DNA of 63,865 nucleotides, the filler included, from Welwitschia mirabilis (lineage: Eukaryota), in the NCBI GenBank assembly GCA_051453625.1. It is 5 parts of one record of this genome, joined end to end, with 100 filler letters (N's around TTAATTAATTAA, not from the genome) between each part and the next. Parts side by side here need not be neighbours in the genome. Positions count along the whole stretch, not along the records: positions 52,843 to 62,177 come from JBOZIK010000001.1; positions 62,278 to 63,865 come from JBOZIK010000001.1; 3 more parts are not named here. One strand, 5' to 3'. Each line of letters begins with the position of its first letter. Position 1 is the stretch's first letter. This document shows positions 53,852 through 63,865 of this stretch, piece after piece. Both the position numbers and the translations under genes were made by a program. Below the pieces are notes generated by a model. That model saw nothing but the letters and a program-made list of their open reading frames with translations. It was not told the origin of the DNA and did not search any database.

Positions 53852-56800
53852 ATGGTTAAATCTGGTAAAAAAGAAAAATACCCAAGAGAGAGATTGTTGA
53901 TTGCTGAAAATATCAGAGAAGGTTTGATAAATTTTAAAATAGAAATAGGTAAAAACAGCGAAGGTACGCAAGACTTTGAAATTCCTGCAATTTCCACTTT
54001 TATTTCTGCAGAGTCTGATTTTGCTACCATGTCTACCTTAGCCCAAAAGCTTAAACAACCTATCTCTCCAAATCCACCCATTCTCATTGGAACCCCTACT
54101 ACCACTCCTCCTTAAACCAGTACCCATGTCACTCTTAAAAATCTTATAGCGAACAAGAAACGCGAAATCCAAACTCCTTTTGACTTACCTCCCGATGATG
54201 ATGTAGAACTCTGTAACTTGAATGTTAATCCTACCTTTAGTGGAGAACCCAATGAAGATCCTTTACAACACATCGCCGATATAGAACAACTTGTTCTTAC
54301 TTCCGAAAACGGTAAGAAACGAATAAATGATAGAACCTACATGGTTATCTTTCTCATCACTTTGAGAGATAAAGCAAAACTTTAGCTTAGAACGACTCCC
54401 CACAAAAATCTTAAATCTTGGAGTCAAGTTCAAAAAGCCTTCATCAAGAGATTCATAAGTGAAACCACTACCCAGAAGCGTAAGAAATAAGTCACCAACT
54501 TCCAACAAATGTCTAACGAAGATTATGCCTCTCCCTATGAGAGATTCTTTGTTGCTTTACATTCAAATCCTATAGATGCCTTTTCACAGGTAGAACTAGT
54601 TGACTATTTTTACAGTAGGTTAAACAATCATACAAAGCAACTTGTAGATTTTTCTTGTGGAGGCAACTTGTTAAACCAAACCCTATATGATGCTTGGAAG
54701 GTTTGAAAGATTTGGTAGAAGTAAGTCAAACTTGGCCTAAACCCTCACCTAAAGAAAACCAGACCGTAGGGCAAATCATTAAAGACCTAAAAGAGGTAAA
54801 ACATGAGAGGACTGAAACAAAAACAAAAAATGAGTCAACTAGTGTCATAAAGGATTTCACTTCTACCTTAGAGAAATTCACCCAGATGATCCTTGATGCC
54901 AAAGTGGCAACCGAGAAGAGTGAAGTTATCGTTCCAACATGTGATTTGTGTGAAGATAGCTGCCATGTCACAAAAGATTGTCCCTTACTTCCTACCAACA
55001 AAGAGAAAATCTATGAGGAAGTTTGTGCCTTTAACTAAAGACCTTCAAACTACACTCAAAACCACAACCAAAGACAAGTCCAAAATCACAAAAACTTCAA
55101 CATAGGATGAGTGAACAACCAGACTCTAGAAATTTTCAAACACACCATCCTAACTTCTAACCTTTTAGAAATAGATTTGAGTACTTAAACTTCCAATCCA
55201 ACAACTCAAACAACTTAGCAAGCCCTTCCAACTCCCAAAACCATAGTGATCCTCTTAGGAATTCCATTGAGGAGTTGAGAAAAAACTCAGGAAAAGACAA
55301 ACACCAACATAGACAACCTTGTGAGTATTATACAACAAACCATGCTTGCCAACCAAAGACCACAAAGGTCTCTTGCCACTCAACCTTTACCGAACCCTAA
55401 CAAGGTAAGAAAAGATTGTAAGGTGGTGACAAAAAATGAAAGTGACACAACTCCTCCTACCCATGAGGTTTCAACTTCACAAAGTGACAAGAATGATGAG
55501 GAAGAGGACATAGAAATCCTAGAAAACCATTCCTTCTCTTCTTCATTTAACAACAAAAAGAATCCTTCACAAAAGAAACCTGCTACCCTATGGCTTAATA
55601 GACTTAACACAGATCTCGTCTTTGATAATCATTTGAAAGCCTTAATGCAAAATGTGAGCATCAACTTATCTTTTTAGAAACTTTTGCAAGAAAACACAAG
55701 ATATTCTAAGCTATGGAAAGACTTAATAAAAAGAAAACAAAAACGAACCATCCCTAGTAAAGTCTTCCTAACTCAATCTGTTAGCAACTTGGTGTGCCAA
55801 GAATGTCCAAAGTTTAAAGATCCAGAGGCGGCAACCGTGAATGTCACTTTAGAGGGAAACCGTACAATAAAGAAAGCCTTGATAGATATTGGAGCTAGTG
55901 TTAACATTATGCCCTTGCACATTTGTCAATGTCTTGGTTTGAAAGAAAGAGTAGAACCTACATGCATTATCTTAGAGTTATTCGACACATATGTGAAGAA
56001 ACCATTAGGTGTGATCAATGACTTGGTCATTCAGATAGAGAAAGCCTTCTACCCCATTGATGTAGTTATTTTAGAAGTTGAGCACCATGGTGAATATCCT
56101 TTACTTCTAAGTAAAGCTTTCTGTGCAACAGCCCACTGTATCATAGATACAAGAACCGGATTGATAAAGTCCCATTTTGGGAATAAACAATTTTCAATAA
56201 AAGTGTTTGATGCGGCCGAAAAAGATTTACACAATGATTTGAGTTTGGAGGAAGAAATAAAGCCAACCTTGATTTTACAGCACCGTCCACTTGAGGAAAG
56301 ATGGTCCATGCTTTACGAACCAACCTTAGTACACTACCTTTATGTGCTTAACGATCAACTTGAGTTTGACCATCTGCCATTGAGTTTGACCATCTGCCAA
56401 CTGAGTTTTCTGATCTGGGGAGTAGTGAGCCTTAGTCTGTAAACTGTGCAGAAGTCCGAGAAATTAGCAACACTAAGATTTCTTGTTTTGAGGGCGGTCG
56501 TCCACTACTGATGTCCAGACGACAGTTTTTCTAAGAATTTTCCTGAAACCAAAAGTCTGAACCTAAGCCTGAACCTGAAACACTTAGGTAGTGGACTGAA
56601 ATACATTTTTCTAAACAGAAACCAAAACAAACCATTGATTATCAACAAAAACCTTTCCCCTCAACAAGAATCCAGTCTCATCTTTCTTTTAGAATTTAAG
56701 GTTCATGTGTTAGCTTGGTCCCATAACAATTTGACAGTCATACCCACTTCCATTGTGCAACATAAAATCTACCTCAAAGAAAATGCTAAACCTGTGAGGC

Positions 56801-59143
56801 AACCCCAACGTAGACTCAATCCAGCCCTAAAGCAAATTGTAAAAGATGAAATCATAGAAGTTATGGATGCTGGAATCATTTACTCCATTGCTAATAGTGT
56901 GTGGGTCAGCCTCTTGACAGTAGTACCTAAAAAGGGTGGGAAATGGTGTATGTGCATAGACTTCCAAAAACTAAATGAGGTAACCGGAAAAGATCATGTC
57001 CTTTGCATTTTCTTAATCAGATTCTTGATAGGATTCAGGGTCATTCTTTTTACTGTTTCCTTGACGGTTATAGTGGTTACAATCAGGTTTGCATTGCCAT
57101 TGAGGACCAAGACAAAACTAGTTTCACTTCTCCTTTTGGTACTTTTGCTTTTAGATGCATGCCTTTCAGATTTTGTAATGCTCTCGGTACTTTTTAGTGT
57201 GCTATGATGGGTATCTTTTATGATATGCTTGAGGATTCCATTGAGATTTTCATGGATGGCTTCTCTATCTATGTTGAAACTTTTAAACAAATCTTAGATC
57301 ATTTAGAGAAAGCCTTAGATAGATGCATTTCTAGTGGCCTGCACTTAAGTTGGGAAAAGACTCATTTTCTTGTAGAGAGTGACATTGATTTAGGTCACCA
57401 TATTTCTCGGGAGGGGATTAGGATGGGTGCTTCTAAAGTTGGTATTATTCAAAATCTTAGTCCCCCTACAAATGTCAAACAGATCTGATCTTTTCTTCGT
57501 CATTGTGGCTTTTACCGTCAGTTCATTCGCGATTATGCTTCTATTTGTAAACCCCTTCACTCGTTACTAGAGAAAGATGCCAAATTCGAATGGAATGAAT
57601 CTTGTCAACTTACTTTCGCTAGGCTTAAACATAAATTGTCTTATGCTCCTATAGTGATGGGACCCTATTATAGTGATAGGACCCAATTGGGCACTTGATT
57701 TTGAGCTCATGTGTGATGCGAGTAACTTTGCTATGGGTGGGATTCTTTGTAAAAAATATGAGAATGTTTTTAAAGTTATATCTTACCATAGCAAATATTT
57801 GTCTAGAGCTTAGATGAACTACACCACTACAGAGAAAGAGATGCCAACCATTATCTTTTGCCTTGATTCTCTTAGATACTATCCTTTAGGCTTTCACACA
57901 AATGTTTATACCGACCATCCTGCTATTCATTCCCTCATGACCAAGAAAGATGCTAGTGCCCGTTTGATTAGATGGATCCTTTTTTATGTAAGAATTCAAT
58001 TTAACCATCATAGATAAAAGTTTGGAAGCACAATTTTGTTGCAGATCATTTGTCTCAACTTCCTTCTCCTCCAGATGATATTGTCATTGATGATTTCTTT
58101 TCTGACGAGCAGCTTTTTGTTCTCTCTTCTTCTCATCCTCCTCCATGGTATGCCAACATTGTGAATTATCTGGTAATCATGAAAACACCACAACATTGGA
58201 CCTATAACCAATGTAAATCTTTTCTTTATTGTATAAGTGACTATGAGTGGATCAAACCACATTTGTACCGTAGGTACAAAGACCAAATCATGAGAAAATG
58301 CGTGCTCGATTAGGAAATACTTGAGATTCTTCATCTTTGTCACGGTGGTGTTTGTGGAGGACATTTTAGTAAACATAAAACTACCATGAAAATCCTTCAT
58401 TCTGGTTTTTACTGGCCTTCTCTTTTTTGTGATTTGTTTGATTTTGTTAGAAGGTGTAATCCTTGTTAGCGTTATGGTAGCTTTGTTCGTTCACAAGAAA
58501 TGCCCCATAGACCTATTCTTGAGTGTCAGCCTTTTGATTGTTGGGGTATTGATTTCATAGGCCCTATTCACCCACCTTCTTTTAATCAAAATTACATTTT
58601 AGTGTTTGCTGATTACGTGACTAAATGGATTGAAGCCATACCTACTTCTTTGAGTGATGCCCGAACTGTCTGTCATTTTCTTAGAACTCATATCTTTCAG
58701 AGATTTGGTTTTCCTAGAGTAATCATTAGTGATCAAGGTACTCATTTTATTAATACACGTTTTAAGAAACTTCTTCTGTCCATTGGTATAGAACATAGAG
58801 TAGCCTATGCTTATCATCCTTAAACTAATGAACAGACTGAAAATGCCAATAGAGAAATAAAGAAAATGCTTCAAAAATTTATCTCTGTTAATAAAAAGTC
58901 TTAGGCTTCTAAGCTTAATGATGTACTTTAGGCTAACCGTACTACTTGGCATACTTCTCTTGATTTTTCACCTTACAAACTTGTTTAAGGTAAAGATAGT
59001 GTCTTAGCGGTTGATTTGTGTTATAGTTCTTATCGTGTATCCCATCAACTTAATCTTGTGGATTTTGATGAAAATCTTAAGTATAGATTAGCCCAGTTAG
59101 ATCGTCTTGATGAAAAAAGAACTAGTGTCATACATCATCAATT
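53852..59143 (+). pseudogene. gag-pol: Athila gag-pol polyprotein, multiple stops and frameshifts
   Basis: FSGEPNEDPLQHI (gag), CDLCEDSCHVTKDC, ALIDIGASVNIM (PR), PVRQPQRRLNP, FLDGYSGYNQ, EIFMDGFS (RT), MCDASNFA, NYTTTEKEM (RH), FDCWGIDFIGP, DYVTKWIEAIP, IISDQGTHF (INT). Confidence 0.95.
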
Positions 59144-59243
59144 NNNNNNNNNNNNNNNNNNNNNNNNNNNNNNNNNNNNNNNNNNNNNNNNNNNNNNNNN
59201 NNNNNNNNNNNNNNNNNNNNNNNNNNNNNNNNNNNNNNNNNNN

Positions 59244-60892
59244 TGAAATGAACTACACCACTACAGAGAAAGAGATGCTAGCTATTATCTTTTGCCTTGA
59301 TTCTCTTAGACATTATCTTTTAGGCTTCCACACGAATGTTTACCCCGACCATGTTGCCATTCGTTACTTCATGACTAAGAAAGATTCTAGTGCATGTTTG
59401 ATTAGATAGATCCTTCTTATGCAAGAATTTCATTTGACCATCATAGGTAAAGCAGGGAAGCACAATTCTATTGCCGATCATTTATCTTAACTTCCTTCTC
59501 CTTCAGATGATATTATCATTGATGATTCCTTTCCTGATGAGTAGCTTTTCACTGTCTCTTGTTCTCATCCTCTTCCATGGTATGCCGACATTGTGAACTA
59601 TCTTGTAACTATGAAAACACCACAACATTGGACCTATAGTCAACGTGAATCTTTTCTCCATCGCATAGGTGACTATGAGTGGATCGAGCCACATTTGTAC
59701 CTAGGTGCAAAGACCAAATTATGAGAAAATGTGTGCCCGATTAGGAAATACCTGAGATTCTTCATCTTTGTCACGGTGGTGTTTGTGGAGAACATTTTAG
59801 TGGACATAAAACTGCCATGAAAATCCTTTATTCTGGTTTTTATTGGCTTTCTCTTTTTCGTGATTCGTTTGATTTTGTTAGGAGCTGTGATCCTTGTCAG
59901 CGTTACGATAGCCTTGTTCATTCACAGGAAATGCCCCATAGACCTATTCTTGAGTGTGAGCCTTTTGATTGTTAGGGTATTGATTTCATAGGCCCTATTC
60001 ATCCACCTTGTTTTAATAAAAATTACATTTTAGTGGCTGTTGATTACGTGACTAAATGGGTTAAAGCCATACCTACTTCTTTGAATGATGCCTGAACTGT
60101 CTTTCATTTTCTTAAAACTCATATCTTTCAGAGATATGGTTTTCCTAGAGTCATCATTAATGATCATGGTACTCATTTCATTAATGCACTCTTTAAGAAA
60201 CTTCTTCTGTCCATTGGTATAGAACATAAAGGAGTTTGTGCTTATCATCCTTAGACTAATGGACAAGCTGAAAATGCCAACAGAGAAATAAAGAAAATGC
60301 TTCAAAAACTTGTCTCTGTTAATAAAAAGTCTTGGGCTTCTAAGCTTAACAATGTACTTTGGGCTTACCGTACTACTTGGCGGACACCTCTTGGTTTTTC
60401 ACTTTACGAACTTGTTTATGGTAAAGTTTGTGTCTCATTGGTTGATGTGTGTTACAATTCTTATCGTGCATTTCATCAACTTAATCTTGTGGATTTTGAT
60501 GAAAATCTTAAGTATAGATTAGCCCAGTTAGATCATCTTAATGAAAAAAAGAACTAGTGCCATACATCGTCAATTAATTTATAGAGCCCAAGCAAAGTTT
60601 AAACATGATAAAAGGATTTTCCATAAAAAGTTTGAACCCGGTCAACTTGTCTTATTGTGTAACACTAGAGTTCACCTTTTGAATAACAAGTTGACCTCTA
60701 AATGGTTAGGTCTTTATCTTGTAGAAAAAGTGCATTTTGATGGCTTAGTTAAAATTTTAGATTTAAAAACTAGAGAAATTCAGAAGGTTAATGGACAACG
60801 GTTAAAATTATATGAGGGATCTTTAGATACAACCGTGCACATGGTAGAAGCACTTGTTTTTAGAGGTTCACCTCGGTGAGAAGGACTTCCTC
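59244..60892 (+). pseudogene. Second copy of the Athila RNase H end and complete integrase (with C-terminal module)
   Basis: Restarts at NYTTTEKEMLA and ends KLTSKWLGLY...VNGQRLKLY. Confidence 0.9.
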
Positions 60893-60992
60893 NNNNNNNN
60901 NNNNNNNNNNNNNNNNNNNNNNNNNNNNNNNNNNNNNNNNNNNNNNNNNNNNNNNNNNNNNNNNNNNNNNNNNNNNNNNNNNNNNNNNNNNN

Positions 60993-62103
60993 CTCCATCA
61001 GATAAGTGATTATGAGTGCATCGAGCCACATTTGTACTGTAGGTGCAAAGACTAAATCATGAGAAGATGTGTGCCCGATTGGGAAATACCTGAGATTCTT
61101 CACCTTTGTCACGGTAGTGTTTGTGGAGGACATATTAGTGAACATAAAACTGCCATGAAAATCCTTCATTCTAGTTTTTACTGATCTTCTCTTTTTCATG
61201 ATTCATTTGATTTTGTTAGAAAGTGTGATCCTAGTCAGCGTTACGATAGCCTTGTTCATTCACAGGAAATGCCCTTAGACCTATTCTTAAGTGTGAGCCT
61301 TTTGATTGTTGGGGTATTGATTTCATAGGCCCTGTTCATCCACCTTTTTTTTGATAAAAATTACATTTTAGTGGTTGTAGATTACGTGACTAAATCTGTT
61401 GAAGCCATAGCTACTTCTTTGAATGATGCCCGAACTATCTGTCATTTTCTTAGAACTCATATCTTTCAGAGATTTAGTTTTCCTAGAGTCATCATTAGTG
61501 ATTATGGTACTCATTTTAGTAATGCACTTTTTAAGAAACTTCTTCTGTCCATTGGTATAGAACATAGAATAGCTTGTGCTTATCATCCTCAGACTAATGG
61601 ACAGGCTAAAAATGCCAACAGAGAAATAAAGAAAATGCTCCAAAAACCTGTCTCTGTTAATAAAAAGTCTTGAGCTTCTAAGCTGAACAATGTACTTTGG
61701 GTTTACTGTACTACTTAGCGTACTTTTCTTGTTTTTTCACCTTACGAACTTGTTTACGGTAAATTTTGTGTCTTACCGATTGATGTGTGTTACAATTCTT
61801 ATCGTGCATCTCATCAACTTAATCTTGTGGATTTTGATGAAAATCTTAAGTATAGATTAGCCCAGTTAGATCATCTTGATGAAAAAAGAACTAGTGTCAT
61901 ACATCGTCAATTAATTTATAAAGCCTAAGCTAAGTTCAAACATGATAAAAGGATTTTTCATAAAAAGTTTGAACCCAGTCAACTTGTCTTGTTATATAAC
62001 ACTAGAGTTAACCTTTTGAATAACAAGTTGACCTCTAAATGGTTAGGTCCTTATCTTGTAGAGAAAGTGCATTTTAATGGCTCAATTGAAATTTTAAATT
62101 TAG
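60993..62103 (+). pseudogene. Third copy of the Athila integrase region
   Basis: DYVTKSVEAIA...IISDYGTHF...AYHPQTNGQAKNANREIK. Confidence 0.9.
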
Positions 62104-62277
62104 TGTTGACTATTCCGATTGTGTTCAATTGTAGTATGTAATTGCTACTAGCCCCATAATTTGCTATTTTATGTTATNNNNNNNNNNNNNNNNNNNNNNN
62201 NNNNNNNNNNNNNNNNNNNNNTTAATTAATTAANNNNNNNNNNNNNNNNNNNNNNNNNNNNNNNNNNNNNNNNNNNN

Positions 62278-63113
62278 CATTTACATAGGTTTAGGTGTAA
62301 TTCTAAGATTTTGGAGAATTAATATAATATCTTAGAAATTTGCAATTGTCACCCAAATTTGATGCATTTAAGGAACATTCTGATATATAGAGCCTTAAAG
62401 GAAGATTATTGAGAAAAAGGCTAGTTTCTCCTTTATAAAATAATTAAAGAAGATCATAGTCCCTTATGTCTATAAGAAGGACGATGAAAACATTTGCTAC
62501 TGATGTGGACTATTGAATCATCTGCTAAGTCATCTACTGAGTCATCTTTTGTAATGAGATGTTATTCCCCATGTTGCTCAGATGATAGTTAGGATGACAT
62601 TGACATGTAGTTGACTCTGATAATCGACTCTTAACCATTTTATATGTTTCTTTTATCTAAAAGAGCACATTTTTGGAGTGCCTTCTTCTATCATATTCTG
62701 CTGTGTATACGTGTTACCCTTCTTAATATAAATTTTGTTTTCTTTATTACATATTAGTTTGTCTAGTGATCCTTATGGTTTATATTACCCTTGATCTGAG
62801 TGATACATATTATCAAGAGTAGCCTTTGTTAAGACTAAAAACAAGTAGTTTAGTTTATTTTTATTTCATTTAGATTAGTTGCATTTTGCATTTACATTAC
62901 ATCCTTTATTTTCTACATTATTATTTTCTTTTGGTTTCCATTTTCTTTGTAAAAAGCAATTCACGTCTTATCTCATAGTCTTTAATGAGAATACAAAATT
63001 TGGGTTTACTCTCACTCATACTAGTGTGTTGTATTATGTAAGAAATATATCTTATTTTATAAATGATAGAATCCCTTTGAATATAAATGCTTGCATAAAT
63101 ACACATTGCAACA
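62278..63113 (+). repeat. Athila-family LTR 3' part, inserted into a copia integrase
   Basis: Ends GCTTGCATAAATACACATTGCAACA, like GGTTGCAAAAATACGCATCACAACA at 53346-53370. The copia homology on the minus strand stops exactly here, after KCYV. Confidence 0.7.
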
Positions 63114-63865
63114 ACATAACATTTACTTTCGAAGACTTTAAAATATAAAACATTAGGTTTTCTTCTTTTCCATAACTCATATGGCATTTTATCCATTCTA
63201 GGTCTAAGATAAACTTTATAAATAATATAACATGTTATGCTAACAGACATAATCCAAAACAATTTTGGAACCTCCTTATTATTTAATATAGTTTATGCCA
63301 TTTCTTAGAGGGCTCTATTCTTTCTTTTAGTTATACCATTTTGTTGTGGTATTTCGGGGGCTAAAAATTGGTGATTATTCCATTATCATTATAATATTTC
63401 TTAAACAAATGATTCTTAAATTCATCATTATAATCACTTCTTATTTTCTTTATGGTATACCCTTTCTCATTTTGAATCTTTTTATCTCAATCCAATATTT
63501 ATACATTTCATATTTGTTTGACAGAAATGCAACTGATGAATATCTAGAGAAGTCATCAACCATAGTAAGAAAATAATGTTTACCACCTAGACTTTGAGAT
63601 TGAGTGGGACCTAGTAAGTCTATATAAATAAGCTCTAATGGCATAGTTATGGAAACTTGATTTTAACTTTTATATGAAGTTCTTATTTGTTTTTCCTTTT
63701 GACATGCATTACATAAACCTTGCTCTTCTACATTCATCTTAGGAATATGTTTTATAATGTTTTTATGAATAATCATTTTTAATTAAACATAATTAACATG
63801 GCCTAATCATTTATGCCAAATCCCTTCTTAAGCAACATGAGAAAAATAACATGGGAAAAATGATT
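63114..63865 (-). pseudogene. Ty1/copia (Sirevirus-like) gag-pre-integrase and integrase core remnant
   Basis: WHK*LGHVN, CNACQKGKQ, PLELIYIDLLGP...LTMVDDFSRYS, QNGI, PYELWKRRKPNVLYFKVFESKCYV. Confidence 0.9.

Larger units (their letters stand above)
52843..62177 (+). mobile_element. Athila Ty3/gypsy element G: LTR 3' part, tRNA-Asp PBS, gag-pol with the integrase region in three copies
   Basis: LTR ends ...CATCACAACA at 53370, PBS follows, and the gypsy domain order is gag-PR-RT-RH-INT. Confidence 0.92.

Noticed and set aside
53413-54105. Antisense ORFs (72 and 149 aa) in the Athila 5' region
   Set aside because: They are shadow ORFs of the UTR/gag with no domain, and no equivalent ORF is listed for the paralog at 16900-17400.
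62921-63262. 113-aa ORF as a novel protein
   Set aside because: It is a chimera of copia integrase (to KCYV) reading into the inserted Athila LTR.

Overview
AT-rich plant nuclear DNA made almost entirely of old, nested, decayed retrotransposons. I found no intact host gene, rRNA/tRNA gene or CRISPR array, and every recognisable ORF is a broken TE domain. Four elements can be delimited exactly by matching target-site duplications (TSDs). (A) A minus-strand Tekay/Del-like Ty3/gypsy element spans 4943-46790 (TSD CTTAA) and has >5 kb LTRs but only 121 bp between PBS and PPT. (B) Inside A's 5' LTR sits an Athila-like gypsy element with a tRNA-Asn PBS (14389-35257, TSD AACAT). B holds an Athila fragment (C) and two Sirevirus-type copia elements: D (20722-28793, TSD CATAT) and E (29967-33930, TSD AATCT). 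A's 5' LTR also carries a TRIM and a near full-length L1-clade LINE. Outside A there are a Sirevirus 5' half (1-2590), a possible SINE, a degenerate copia (48.9-51.2 kb), a tRNA-Asp Athila element with three integrase copies (52.8-62.2 kb) and a copia integrase remnant. Four 100-bp gaps contain the artificial linker TTAATTAATTAA. The best candidates for novelty are element A's giant-LTR/mini-internal structure, a CpG-retaining island in only one of A's LTRs, and an in-frame Gag-RT fusion lacking protease and integrase in Sirevirus D. The sequence alone does not support a wholly new biological system. All alignments were done by eye and the host species cannot be determined.
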